Assembly: GCA_963785305.1 (NCBI GenBank)
Contig: CAWAUV010000008.1
Coordinates: 160,001 to 224,000, forward strand
Length of the DNA stretch: 64,000 bases
Reading direction: 5' to 3'
Source: an uncultured Planctomycetaceae bacterium
Lineage (GTDB): Bacteria > Planctomycetota > Planctomycetia > Pirellulales > PALSA-1355
The position numbers and the translations under genes were made by a program. Positions 32,780 to 44,429 of this stretch are shown here, one piece after another; the first letter of the stretch is position 1, and each line of letters opens with the position of its first letter. The notes below the pieces were generated by a model. The model did not search any database. It had not been told where the DNA came from and saw only the letters and a list, made by a program, of their open reading frames with translations.

Positions 32780-35700
32780 TTAACGAGCCGATCCGGCGTC
32801 CGGAGTGGCGGCATTCGCCGGCGGGCTTGCTTGGATCGCCGGCGCCGAGCGGAGGCTCAGCAGGTATGCGAGCAATTGGCAGAAATCGTCTTCGCTCATG
32901 GTTTCCGCCACATTGGCCGGCATGGGCGAGAGCGGCGACACGGCGCGGCTCGTGATCGAGGCGAGCGGCGCTCGCTGGGTTTGGCCCGTGGCGTCGAAGA
33001 GCGTGAGCGTTTGGCCCTCCTCGCGAAGGCCGAAACCCGAGAGCACGAGTCCATCGTCGGTTTCGATGGTCATGAGACGAAACGCGAGATCGACATTGCG
33101 GCTCGGATCGAGCATGTCTTCCAGCAGCCGGTCGAGTCCGCGAACGCCGATGCCGTCGAGCGCCGGCGCGATCGCGGCGCCGAGGCCATCGATCTTGTGG
33201 CAATTCTTGCACACGCTCCGGGCATAGACCGCTTGACCGGCTTTCGGCGAAAACTCGCCGCTCGTGAAACGCTGCTTCCGCTGGCGAACGAGCTCGGCGA
33301 TGCGATCGTCGGCCGGGGAGAGATGTTCGGTCAGCTCGGCGATCGTGGCGTCGAGCTTGGCTCGGGCGTCGCCCGCATCGTCGAATGAGGCTCGCAGGCG
33401 CACGACCACGGTCGGCTCTTTCAAGAGCGCCGCCGAGGCGTGGCCCGAACGAATCGCCGCCAAGAGCGCCGCGGCCGAGGGCTTGTGGCCGGCCATCGCG
33501 GTGGCGATGCTCAACGCTAGCGGACGCGGCGCCGCGGTCAGTTGCTCGGCGAGCGTTCGCGAAGCATCGTCGCGAGCGGCGCGGCCGAGCAGTTCCGCGG
33601 CTTTCTGTCGAACGGCAATGTCTTGCGATGCGTCTTTCAGCAGCGCGGCGAGCGCCGCGGTCGCGCGCGCTCCGGTCCGACCGTCAGCAGCGCTTCGCCC
33701 GCCGCCAGCCGCACACCCGGCGGGGCAGCGCGATCGTCGGCGAGTCGGCCAATCGATTCGCTCAATGCACCAAGCCGAAACTGCGCCGCCAAGCGGCAGG
33801 CTTCGATCCGCCGAGTGCTCGGGTCGGCGAACGATGCCGCCGGCTCGGCAACCACGGCCGGTTCGATTCGGGCCACGGCCAGCCAAGCATAGGCGCTGTC
33901 GGCCAGACCATCGACGATCTCGATCGCGCCGCGCTGACCTTGCCAGCGGGCGAGGTCCCAGGTGATGTGCTGGGCGGTGTCATTGTCGGGCGGAGATGAC
34001 CGGGCCACTTCGGTTCCATCGGCCAGCAAGAGCCGGGCGAAATTGCGATTGGCGCGCGGCTTGCCCGGCGGGCCATCGTGGCCGCAGATCCAAAACGATA
34101 GCGACTTCGGCAGCGTGAACTCGCCACTTCGGAGCACTCCGGTGAGCCGTTCGCCGGTCGGGTTGCGTTCGTGTAGCGAGCTCACGAGCGGCGGCTGCTG
34201 GGCGCCGTCGGCATAAGCGCGTTTCTCGACGGTCCAAGGACTTGCCGATGACCCGGCGCCGGGCAGCGGCGCGGCCGTCCATGCGGCGGAGTCGTGTGAA
34301 GCAAGATTGGCTTCGAGCAGCGCCGGAAGCAACGACACGATCGATGGCGTGAGCGGTTGCCCGCGGCTGGCAAGCCCTTCGGCAAAGCCCCGGATAAGCG
34401 CGAGTTGGAAGGCGCGATCGTCGGGACGCTGCTCGGCAATGCGGCGCACGATGCCGTCGATCTCGCGAGGCTCGAGCACTCGGGCGGCCCGGGGCGCGGC
34501 CTCGATCAGCAGATCGCCGGCGATTTCGCCCTCGAGCGCTCCGCGGCACACCAGCGCGGCGGCTGGTCCGCTGGGCGAGAGCGCCGCGATCGCGATGAGC
34601 CGTTGTCGCTCGGCGGCCGAGAGCGGAAGCGTGGCCCAAGTGTCGGCTATCGCGGGACTGCGAAACTGATCGCGCGCCGCGATCTTGAGCGCATGCGCCA
34701 GTTGCGGATCGAGCGACGAGGCCGTCGAGCAGGCGCGGGCCAAGGGCGGCAGGTTCTCTGGCGCAGGAATGCGCCCCAAGCACCGTGGCCGCGGCGCGGC
34801 GAACGAAAGGATCGGCATCGGTCAGCGCGGCGCGGGCGATTTCGAATTTCCAGGCCGGCCAAGTCGCCGGATCGACCTCCGGGGCGCCCTCCGTCGGCGA
34901 ATCGATGATTGCTTCAAGCGCGCGCACCAAATGCACGCGCACCAGCGGCTCGGAATGCGCGGCGAGCGACTTTGCCCGCCGCTCATCGAGTAGGCCAAGA
35001 CGCGCCATGACCCATGTGGCGTGCGCTTGCCAGGCGGCGGGATCATCGACCTCGTCCGGCCGAGTGTGACCCCACGCGGCGAGCCACTCGGGTTTCGCGA
35101 CGCCCGGCGCACCGCGAAGTCGCTCGACCAGCAGATTGGTCGCCAGCGAGCGGACCGTGAGATTGCGATCGCCGAGTCGAGCGTCAAGCTCGAAATCGGT
35201 GGCCGCGTTCAAATTGGTTGTCGAGGGCGGTTGTTTGGGACTTTGGAGATTTTCGCCCGCCGGTGTTCCGCGATAGACCACGCGCCAAATTCGCCCCCGC
35301 TCGCGGTCGCGGCCCGGATGCGTGAGCGGCACTTCATAATGCCCGATGATGCGATTGTAGAAATCGGCAATGTAAATCGCGCCGTCGGGCCCGAGTTGCA
35401 TGTCGACCGGGCGAAACCAAGGGTCGTCGGAGCGGACAAAATCCTCGACCTTCACGACCCGCGGGGAACTGCCGTTCCAGCGGAGCCGGTCGCAATGCAC
35501 GCGGTTCGTAATCACATTGCCCACCAGCAGCACATCGCGATACTCCGCGGCCGGTTGCTCGCCCGAGAGATATGCCACGGCGGAAATGCCGGTGCCGCCG
35601 TGATCCGTGGTGGTCGTGTCGGGCGCAAAGCCGAGCCCGTCGTGCGGCTTGCCGAAGCTTTGATAGTAGCCTTCGCGAAGCAGCATGCTCACGGCCCGTG

Positions 35701-36470
35701 AGTGGCAGTCGGCGCTGATAGAGATCGCCGCGCGGATCAAAGGTTAGGCCGAACGGATTGACTTGTCCAAAGGCGAAGGACTCGATCCTCGCGCCGTCGG
35801 GCCGGAAGCGATAGGTGTTGCCCGACTGCATTTCGATCACCGCCGGTCCGTCGCCGCCGCGCCGCGCGAGACTGTGGTTGCTGAAGCCGTGGTTGGCGTA
35901 GATCCAGCCATCGATCCAGGGAGTGAAGGCGTTTTGATTGCCGTGGGTGTCCGTGACGCCGAAGGGGCCGAACAAGATCGCCCGCCGGTCGGCCACGCCA
36001 TCGCCATCGGTGTCGGTCAGTCGCCAGATATGGGGTATCGACCAACAGATCGCCTCACGGTTGCCCACGCCCAAGGGAACCACGCCGATCGGAATATTGA
36101 GCGTGTCGGCAAAGCGAGCAATCGTGCGGGCGCGGCCATCGGGGCCGAAGTCGCTCAGCACGCTGATCGCGTCGCGCACCTTCGCCGGATCGGTGGCCGG
36201 GAATGGATACTCGATCGTGTGCGAAACCCAGAGGCGGCCCAGGGCGTCGAACTTGAGATTCATCGGCTTATGGATCTCGGGCTCCGCGGCCACGAGCTCG
36301 ATCGTGAAGCCGGGCGGAAGCGTGAATCCACGCTGCTCTTCGGCCGGAGAGCGCGGCTCGGTGGTGGCCACGACCGGCTCGGCCGCGGCCCGGGGGGCGA
36401 GCGAAAATTCCCAGGCCAACAGCGGGAGCGCGGCCAAGCCAACGCGAAACGATCGAAACATCGCGCGCAT
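32780..36470 (-). CDS. PVC-type heme-binding CxxCH protein (dehydrogenase-like beta-propeller, HEAT-like region, cytochrome c); ~3 frameshifts
   Basis: FTLPPGFTIELVAAEP, DTDGDGVAD, DDPWFRPVDMQLGPDGAIYIADFYN, CKNCH, SPMP; shifts near 35720, 34770, 33660. Confidence 0.87.
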
Positions 36471-36501
36471 AAGACAAAATGGTTGCTCGAGGATCGAATT
36501 G

Positions 36502-37176
36502 TTACGACTCGGTGGCGGCTTCCGGCCGATGATGTCGCACGATCGATCCTTCGACCATATAGATCACGTCTTCGGCCACGCTGCACGCCATGTCGGCCAG
36601 TCGCTCCAAATGTCGCGACACGCCGGCCAGCCGCAGCAGGCTCTCGGCCCGCTCGGGATTGCTTTGAATTTGCTTTTCGATCGTTTGATCGATCTCGCGG
36701 CGGCGGGCGTTTACCTCGGAGTCGGCCTCTCGCACTTGCCGGGCCAGACTCGCGTCGGCGTTGACGAGCGCGTCGAGACTGGTCTTCACCATCCACTGGA
36801 CTCGCAGCGCCATGCCGCGAAAATCGCCGGGCAGCTCGAACCGCTCGTTGCCGGTGAGAAACACCACGCGCTTCGCGATATTGCCGGCGAGGTCGCCCAT
36901 GCGCTCGAGGTCGCTATTGATCTTGAGCACCGCCACGACGAATCGCAAGTCGACCGCCACTGGCTGATAGAGCGCGAGGATCTTGAGCACATCCTCCTCG
37001 ACCTCGACTTCCATTCGGTCGATTTCGTCGTCTTCGTCGATCACGGCGCGGGCCAGAGCGCGGTCTCGCTTGACCAAGGCTGAAATCGCCTTGGCGATCG
37101 CCTCCTCGACCAGGGTGCCCAGAAAGAGAATCTTTTGCTTGAGCGCGTCGATTTGTCGTTGCAGATGCTTGGCCAT
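36502..37176 (-). CDS. phoU: Phosphate signalling protein PhoU
   Basis: QPVAVDLR, DLERMGDLA, LERLAD; last gene of the pst operon. Confidence 0.95.
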   Translation of the reverse strand: MAKHLQRQIDALKQKILFLGTLVEEAIAKAISALVKRDRALARAVIDEDDEIDRMEVEVEEDVLKILALYQPVAVDLRFVVAVLKINSDLERMGDLAGNIAKRVVFLTGNERFELPGDFRGMALRVQWMVKTSLDALVNADASLARQVREADSEVNARRREIDQTIEKQIQSNPERAESLLRLAGVSRHLERLADMACSVAEDVIYMVEGSIVRHHRPEAATES

Positions 37177-37322
37177 GGCGGGCGCGATTCAAGTTTCGCG
37201 AAGAGGCTGGGGTGAAGCGGCTTCCGATCCGCTTCCAAAGCGCCGGCGGGCGCCACTCCGCGCAATGCGAGGCGGCACTGGCGAGGCGGGGAAAACGCCC
37301 CAGGGCGATTCTCCATCGACCG

Positions 37323-38195
37323 CTAGCCAAACCGACCGGTGATGTAGTCCTCAGTTTCTCTTAGAGCAGGCTTGGTGTAAAGGTCGCTCGTCGGACCATA
37401 TTCCAAAACGCGCCCCAGATACATAAACGCGGTGTAGTCGCTGGTGCGCGAGGCCTGCTGCATATTGTGGGTCACGATCAACACGCTATAAGCTCCACGC
37501 AGCTCTTGGATCAGGTCTTCCACCTTGCCGGTCGCGATCGGGTCGAGGGCCGAGCAGGGCTCGTCCATCAGCAGCACCTCCGGCTCGGCGGCGATCGCGC
37601 GGGCAATGCAAAGCCGCTGCTGCTGGCCGCCCGAGAGCCGCAGGGCGCTGTCATGCAGCCGGTCTTTCACATCGTCCCAAAGCGCCGCGCCGCGGAGGCT
37701 GCGCTCGCACACCTCGTCGAGAAGTTGGCGGTTTCGCTCCCCATCGATCCGCAGCGAATAGACCACGTTTTCATAGATGCTCATTGGAAACGGATTCGAC
37801 TTCTGAAACACCATGCCCATCCGCTTGCGAAGCTCGATCACATCGACCGCCGGGCCATAGATCGAGTCGCCATTGAGCCGCATGTCGCCATGGAACTTGA
37901 CCCCGGCCACGAGATCGTTGAGCCGGTTCACGCTGCGCAGCAGGGTCGACTTGCCGCAGCCCGAGGGGCCGATCAGGGCCGTGACCTTGCCGCGGGGAAT
38001 ATTCAGGCTGATGCCGTGCAGGGCTTGCTTGGCGCCATACCAGAGGTTGAAATCCTTGACTTCGAGCACCGGCTCTTCCTTGGCCACGGCCGCATGGGTC
38101 ACCGTGGGAACGACTTCGCCGCGGGCGATCGCCGCGAGCCGGCCCTGGCTCATGGCCGAGGGAGCGGCGGCGTCGAGGGCCGGAGCGCTGTTCAC
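37323..38195 (-). CDS. pstB: Phosphate ABC transporter ATPase PstB (start possibly further upstream, ~38345)
   Basis: [38 protein letters not shown]. Confidence 0.96.
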   Translation of the reverse strand: MNSAPALDAAAPSAMSQGRLAAIARGEVVPTVTHAAVAKEEPVLEVKDFNLWYGAKQALHGISLNIPRGKVTALIGPSGCGKSTLLRSVNRLNDLVAGVKFHGDMRLNGDSIYGPAVDVIELRKRMGMVFQKSNPFPMSIYENVVYSLRIDGERNRQLLDEVCERSLRGAALWDDVKDRLHDSALRLSGGQQQRLCIARAIAAEPEVLLMDEPCSALDPIATGKVEDLIQELRGAYSVLIVTHNMQQASRTSDYTAFMYLGRVLEYGPTSDLYTKPALRETEDYITGRFG

Positions 38196-38427
38196 CGGGC
38201 GCCCGCGGCCGGGATAACGTCGCCGACAGTGTTTTCCGCGCCAACCGTGTTCGCCGCGCCGACGGCGGAGCCGTTGGCCGAGGCGAGCGCGGCCGTCGGA
38301 GTCGCGTCGCGTCGGGCATCGGGCGTAGTCGAGGGGCCGTTCACGCTAAAAGTCCCGTTCAAGCTGGAAAGTCCTTGAATCTCACTCAGCGCCCAGCCCG
38401 CGAAGAGCCCGACGCACCGGCAAACAA

Positions 38428-40226
38428 TTAAAAATGGCTGGCCACGAAACGACGCCGCAACCGGCCGCGCAGCCAGATGGCGGTCACATTGAGCACGGTG
38501 ACGATCGCGATTAGAAGCAGGGTCGTGGTGTAAACCATCGGCTTGGCCGCTTCGCTATCGACACCCTGAAAACCAAGGTCGTAGATCTGAAAACCGAGGT
38601 GCATGAAACTCCGCTGCGGATGCAAAAACGGAAACACGCCATCGACCGGCAATTGCGGCGCCATCTTCACCGCGCCGACAAGCATCAGCGGCGCCACTTC
38701 GCCCGCGCCGCGGGCCATGGCCAGGATCATGCCTGTCATGATACCAGGAGCGGCGCGCGGAAGCACGATGCGCTCGATCGTTTGCCACTTGCTCGCCCCG
38801 CAGGCATACGACCCTTCGCGCATCGAGCTGGGCACCGCGGCGAGCGCCTCTTCGGTGGTCACGATCACGACCGGCAGCGTCAACAGGGCTAGCGTGAGCG
38901 AGGCCCACAGGAGCCCGCCGGCGCCAAACGTGGGGTGGTGCTCCGCCACCGCGGCGCTGAAGAACCATTGATCGATCCGCCCGCCCACGGCATAACAAAA
39001 AAATCCTAGTCCAAACACGCCGAACACAATGCTCGGCACGCCCGCCAGATTGTTGATCGCCACCCGCACGGCGCTCACGATGGCCCCGGCCCGGGCATAT
39101 TCGCGCAGGTACAACGCGGCGAGCACTCCAAACGGCACGACGGCCAACGACATGACCAGCGTCATGACCACGGTGCCGAAGATCGCGGGAAACACGCCGC
39201 CCTCGCTGTTGCTGTTGCGAGGCTCGGCGGTGAGAAACTCGCGCCAGCGGTCGAGATACCAGCCCGCGCGGCTCAAAACACCGAGTTGATTGACCGGCAG
39301 GGCCCGCACGATCTGTTCGAGCGGCAGGTCCTTGGTTTGGCCCGCGGCGGTTTCCAAACGCATCCGGGCACGGGCATTTTCCGCGCCAGCGCCGCGATTT
39401 GTTTTTCGATATCTGCGGTGATCGCATTTTGCCGAACCTCGACCGCGGCGAGCGCATCCGCGCGGCGGCGAAACAGCCCCGACTCGCGGCCTTCGGAAAG
39501 CTCGGCCTGTTTGAGGTCGAGCCGCGCGGCGTCGATCACCGGCGCGACTTCGATCTGCAACCGGCGCACCGGCGCATTTTGCTCGCGCCAGCGGCGGCGG
39601 GCCGCGGCATGTAGTTCTTGATACTTCGCCCAAACCGTGGCTGGAGTGTCGGCGATCACTTTACCGTCGATGAGCATCGCCGTCGGTTGGCCATAGAACC
39701 GGCCATGCTCCATGCGCTCGACGACCAGCGCCCATTCCGGCCGCGTGGGCGGAGCGGCGATTTCATCGATGTTGATCCAGACAAAGGGCGTGCCCGTGAG
39801 ATCGGCGTTGCCCACGCGGAGCGATTCACGCTCGCCGGACTTGCCCGCGGAGTCCTTGAACGACTCGCGGCGCACGATTTCTCCCAGCAGCACTTGCCCG
39901 TCGTTGAGCTCGACGCGCACGATCGGCGCTGGCCAAAAGGTCGACAGACCATGGAACAAGATAAAGCCGAGCAGCCCGGCGATCATGAGCAGGGCCACGG
40001 CGAGCGCTCCGCCGGTGAGCCAGATCATGGGTTCGCCTTGCGCCGCGAGCGAGCCGACGCTCTTGGGCCGCCGGACTTGGTAACCGGTCGCGCTGGCGGA
40101 CGCCGGGGCGCTTCGCCGCGACGATCGGGGCGCCGGCATTCGGCGATCCGGCGCGAGCGCCATCCGGCGGCGGGTCGTTCGCGCCCGGCGCGGCCGAGCG
40201 GCGCGGGTGGCGGGCTCAGAGCTCAT
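38428..40226 (-). CDS. pstA: Phosphate ABC transporter permease PstA, long form; 1 frameshift
   Basis: GGVFPAIFGT, NLAGVPSIVFG, ARGAGEVAPL; shift near 39375. Confidence 0.93.
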
Positions 40227-42924
40227 AGGCCCTCCGGCGAAAGCGCAGTCGCACCACTTCGGCCACGGTGTTCAGCACGAACGTGAGCATGAATAGAGTG
40301 AGGGCCGCGAAGAAAATCGTGCGATAGATCGAGCTGCCTTGCACCGCCTCGGGCGCTTCGGCGGCGATCATGGCGCTCAGGGTGCGGAAGCCGTTAAACA
40401 TGTTCCAGTCCATGATCGGAGTGCCGCCCGTGGCCATCAGCACGATCATCGTCTCGCCCACGGCGCGGCCCAGGCCGATCATCATCGCCGAAAACAGACC
40501 GCTCATGGCCGTGGGCACGATGATGCGAATCGCCGTCTGCCAGGGAGTCGCTCCGGCGCCCAGCGAGGCGCTGCGCAAATGTTCGGGCACCGTCGACAGG
40601 GCGTCGTCGGCGATGGTGTAGATCAGCGGAATGATCGCGAAGCCCATCACGAAGCCCACCACGAGCGCGTTCTTTTGTTCATACTGGCCGACGAGCCCTC
40701 CGCGCGGATCGAAGCCCAGGGCCGTGAGGGCCAGCGCGACGAGATAGGCCAAGGCCACGGTCGTGGCGGCGCCGACGAGGAACTTCGTGGTGTCGACCCA
40801 GGCCCAGAGCTCGCGGCGCCAAGCATAGGCATGGGGGCGAAGCCAGCCGTTGAACCGCGCCGCGAGCCACACGCTCACGGCCGCCATGGGCGCGAGCAAG
40901 AGCACGAACCAGCCGCCCAGCGGGCTGGCGACTTGGCCATCGAGCCAGCCGCGCAAGTCGCCGGCAAAGAGCAACCGCTCGGCCCAGGGACCCACCACGA
41001 GCGAGGCGGCCACTCCCAGGGGCACCGCCAGCGCTATGAACCAAAACCGCCGGGCGCTCGCTTTGAGCGTCCAATCGCGCGGGAGCAATTGCCAGAGATG
41101 GGCCATCGACAAACAGGCGAGGGGCGTCGTGAATAGCGACGCCACGAGCGATGAAAGCACATGCTCCGTGAACGGCGCGAGCACGAGGCCGCCGATATAA
41201 CCCAACACCACGCTCGGCAGGCTCGCCATCAATTCGATCGCGGGCTTGACGCGGGCCTTGACCTCGGGCCGCATGAATTCGCTGGTGTAGATCGCCGCGC
41301 AAAAGGCCAGCGGCACTCCAAAGGCCATGGCATACAGCGTGGCCTTGAGGGTGCCAAACACCAGCGGCGTGAGGCTCAGCTTGGGTTCGCTGCCCTCGGC
41401 GCTACTCGACGACTGCCAGGTGTAGCTCGGCGCCGGATTGTTTTCGTACCACACCGGCAAAAACAGCGAGCGGAAACTGACTTCTGGATAGCCGGGATCC
41501 AATGTCCACATGGCGATTCGATTGCCGCCCAGGGCCACCACCGCGTCGTCGCGCGGAGCGATCGCGAGGGCCTGGGCACAGTGACCATCGCCTAGATTCA
41601 TTTCCGCGATTTCGCGTGCGGTCGTTAGATACAAGATGCGGATCACGCCGTGGTCGTTGCCCACCGCCACCGAGCGGCCGCGGCGCAACGGCGCAATGCG
41701 CGTGATTGCCGAGCCGGTGGGAGCGAATTCATGCGCCTTGAAGAGCATTCGCCGGTCGGGCGTGTCGAGTTCCTTGAGTTCCGCGCGAAACCAAGCTTGC
41801 ACTCCGCCCTGGGAGTCACCCGCCACGAGCGTGGCGCCGCCGGTGGCGAAGCGCAACGCGGTCAAGCGCGTCGCGGCGTCGGGCGCCAGATCGCGCTTCT
41901 CGGCAAAGCGGGGATTCTTCAGATCGCCCACGAAATATCGGTCGAGCTCCCCATCGCTCCAAGCGAGATATACATTGTCGGCCAAGCCCGAGATCAGGAG
42001 AAAATCAGGCAACCCGCGCCCGGCCGCGTGATCTTGCCAAGCGATGGTCGCGCGGGTCGCGACTTCGTATTCGAATTCGTCGGTCAATTCGTTCTTGTGG
42101 CGGGCGACTTCGGCCACGGTGAGGGTCCCGTCGGCCGTGAGCGCGCACACGATCAAGCCCTGCGACTGGGCGACGAAATCGAGCCGGCGAATCGGGCCGG
42201 TGAGCTCGAGCGGCAAGGGCGACTCGAGCTCGACCCCCAGCCGCTCGATGCGAAACTGGTCGAGCGCCGTGCGGGTGGCGAGCGCGTGGTTCCAGGTCGT
42301 GGTCGAGCCCAACGCCAAGTGTTTGGTGTCGAGTGGCGACGCGCCCTCGGCGAGTTGCTCCGGCGAGGCGAAGTCGATGTCGAATCGCGGCGTGAGCAAA
42401 CGCGCCTCGCCGTTTTCGAGTCCGACGAGGGCGGTCGCGGTTCGATCGTCGAAAGCGAGGGCGGTTACGGTTTGGTCGGCAAGTGGCGATTTTTCGTCGA
42501 GCACAGCGCCGTCCGCCAGCCGCGCGAATGTGACTTGGCCGGCCGGCGAAACCACGATCGCGGCGGTGGCGTAGTCATCGACAAGGATTCGCTCGCCTTC
42601 GGGGCAACAATACACGCCGGCCGCGCCGTCGCCTTTCGAGAGTTTTTCCGGCGACGAAGGCTTTTTCAACGGCGCGTCGGTTGCCGCCGGCCGAGCGGGA
42701 TCGCTGGCCGGCGCGGACCAAGCGTTTTCTACCCGGGGACCGACTTTGGCCGGCCAAAACAAGGGCGCGACGACCGAAAGCAAGAACACGCAGACAAGCG
42801 AAACGGCGATGATCGTGCCGATGCCGCCGGCCGCGATCAACCAACGCGCGACGATATCGGCCCAATACACGCTGCGCCGCGTGCCGCGCCGTCGGGTTCG
42901 TCCGGTGATGGTCGGGTCGCTCAT
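40216..42924 (-). CDS. pstC: Phosphate ABC transporter permease PstC-type with large periplasmic domain
   Basis: PLVFGTLKAT, ELMASLPSVVLG, GRAVGETMIVLM; position between pstS and pstA. Confidence 0.9.
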   Translation of the reverse strand: MSDPTITGRTRRRGTRRSVYWADIVARWLIAAGGIGTIIAVSLVCVFLLSVVAPLFWPAKVGPRVENAWSAPASDPARPAATDAPLKKPSSPEKLSKGDGAAGVYCCPEGERILVDDYATAAIVVSPAGQVTFARLADGAVLDEKSPLADQTVTALAFDDRTATALVGLENGEARLLTPRFDIDFASPEQLAEGASPLDTKHLALGSTTTWNHALATRTALDQFRIERLGVELESPLPLELTGPIRRLDFVAQSQGLIVCALTADGTLTVAEVARHKNELTDEFEYEVATRATIAWQDHAAGRGLPDFLLISGLADNVYLAWSDGELDRYFVGDLKNPRFAEKRDLAPDAATRLTALRFATGGATLVAGDSQGGVQAWFRAELKELDTPDRRMLFKAHEFAPTGSAITRIAPLRRGRSVAVGNDHGVIRILYLTTAREIAEMNLGDGHCAQALAIAPRDDAVVALGGNRIAMWTLDPGYPEVSFRSLFLPVWYENNPAPSYTWQSSSSAEGSEPKLSLTPLVFGTLKATLYAMAFGVPLAFCAAIYTSEFMRPEVKARVKPAIELMASLPSVVLGYIGGLVLAPFTEHVLSSLVASLFTTPLACLSMAHLWQLLPRDWTLKASARRFWFIALAVPLGVAASLVVGPWAERLLFAGDLRGWLDGQVASPLGGWFVLLLAPMAAVSVWLAARFNGWLRPHAYAWRRELWAWVDTTKFLVGAATTVALAYLVALALTALGFDPRGGLVGQYEQKNALVVGFVMGFAIIPLIYTIADDALSTVPEHLRSASLGAGATPWQTAIRIIVPTAMSGLFSAMMIGLGRAVGETMIVLMATGGTPIMDWNMFNGFRTLSAMIAAEAPEAVQGSSIYRTIFFAALTLFMLTFVLNTVAEVVRLRFRRRAYEL

Positions 42925-43047
42925 GACGCCGCGCGGCTTGCCGTTGCGGCCAATGCCGCCCAGAAACGGTCGAGGGGGTTCGGTGACTCAAGGGGAAAAA
43001 GGATCAACATCGACCCCGGCGAGCGCTGCCCAAAACCCGGGAACTTG

Positions 43048-44064
43048 TCACTTCGAATCGATTCCGACGCTTAGCATCGCCTTGGCCCGAATCTTGGGCG
43101 GAACCGGATAAAATCCTTCCTTGATCACGTCTTCCTGTCCTTGGCGGCTATACACGTACTTGATGAACTCGCGCTTCAAGGGGTCCAGCGTGCTGCCCGG
43201 CCGATAATTTACGCTGAGTAGCAGAAACCGCGACAGGGGGTATTTGCCACTCAGGCCATTTTCAATATCGGGCGCCACGAACGCGCCGGTTTTATCGGCC
43301 AAGGGCACCGCCCGGGCATCGGCCGACTTATACCCGATGCCGCTGTAGCCGATGCTATAACGATCGTTGGCCACGCCCTGCACGACCGCGGAACTGCCAG
43401 GCTGCTCTTTGACGGAATCCTTGAAATCGCCTTTCTTGAGCACATGGTCTTTGAAGTAAGTATAGGTGCCCGAGGCGGCGTTGCGGCTATAGAGGCTGAT
43501 CGGGCGTTGGGCCCATTCGCCCTTGAGTCCCAGGTCGCCCCAGGTGCGAATGTCGTTTTTCGCGCCGCGGTTGCGAGCCGTCGAGTAAATCGCGTCGAGC
43601 TGTTCGAGCGTCAGCCCTTCGATCGGATTGTCCTTATGAACATACACCGCGAGCACATCGACCGCCACCTTGAGTTGAGTCGGCTTGTAGCCAAATTTGC
43701 GATCGAAGGCCGAAATCTCGTCGGCGCTCACATCGCGGCTCATCGGGCCGAAGTCGACGGCGCCTTCGATCAGCGCGGGAATCGCCGTGTTCGAGCCTTT
43801 GCCTTCGATGCCCGGCTGCACCGACGGATAAAACCGGCGAAAACCCTCGGCCCATGCCGTCGCGACATTGACCATTGTGTCGGAGCCGGCCATTTTCAGC
43901 GAACCGCTCACGCCCGAGGTTCGCTGATAGGCGGGTAGCGAAGGGTCGACCGTGATCACGCCGCCGCTAGGCGGAGCGGCCGAGGCCCACGAACCGGCGA
44001 GGAACACCATCGCCGAGAGGAGCGCGCGCGGGGTTAGGCGATGGAATCTCGAAATCGTGCGCAT
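43048..44064 (-). CDS. pstS: Phosphate-binding protein PstS
   Basis: GSDTM, EGKGS, GPMSR, SRNAASGTY, IGYSGIGY, YPLSR. Confidence 0.93.
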   Translation of the reverse strand: MRTISRFHRLTPRALLSAMVFLAGSWASAAPPSGGVITVDPSLPAYQRTSGVSGSLKMAGSDTMVNVATAWAEGFRRFYPSVQPGIEGKGSNTAIPALIEGAVDFGPMSRDVSADEISAFDRKFGYKPTQLKVAVDVLAVYVHKDNPIEGLTLEQLDAIYSTARNRGAKNDIRTWGDLGLKGEWAQRPISLYSRNAASGTYTYFKDHVLKKGDFKDSVKEQPGSSAVVQGVANDRYSIGYSGIGYKSADARAVPLADKTGAFVAPDIENGLSGKYPLSRFLLLSVNYRPGSTLDPLKREFIKYVYSRQGQEDVIKEGFYPVPPKIRAKAMLSVGIDSK

Positions 44065-44122
44065 CAAACGGTTGCTTTCATCGAAAAGTGATCTCGGCGC
44101 CACATCGGTCGACAGCGCCGAT

Positions 44123-44156
44123 AATCTAGCCGATGTTGATTAGAATTTCGTGAGGC
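44123..44156 (-). promoter_or_regulatory. Pho-box-like site plus -10 element
   Basis: GCCTCAC-GAAA-TTCTAAT (44156-44139), 10-nt spacer, TAGATT (44128-44123), upstream of pstS. Confidence 0.5.
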
Positions 44157-44429
44157 GCCAGTGGGTTCCCCGTTAACATGGGGGGCGTCCGCCGGGCGCG
44201 ACATTCCTACGGGCGACACAACTCACTAAGCCACAATCGCTTACCGCGAGTCCACGCCACGCGAGCCGATCGCGTTCGTTGCCGTGGCCCCCGGCTCGGA
44301 ATAGACTGACTCCCTGACATTCCGGGCAAATTCACCCGAGTCGCGCCGCTCGGGCTGGGGCCCTCGGGCCGACGTTTTACTCTTTGTACTCTTTCCTTTA
44401 CCGACCTCGGATCGCGAAGACTTTTTTCC

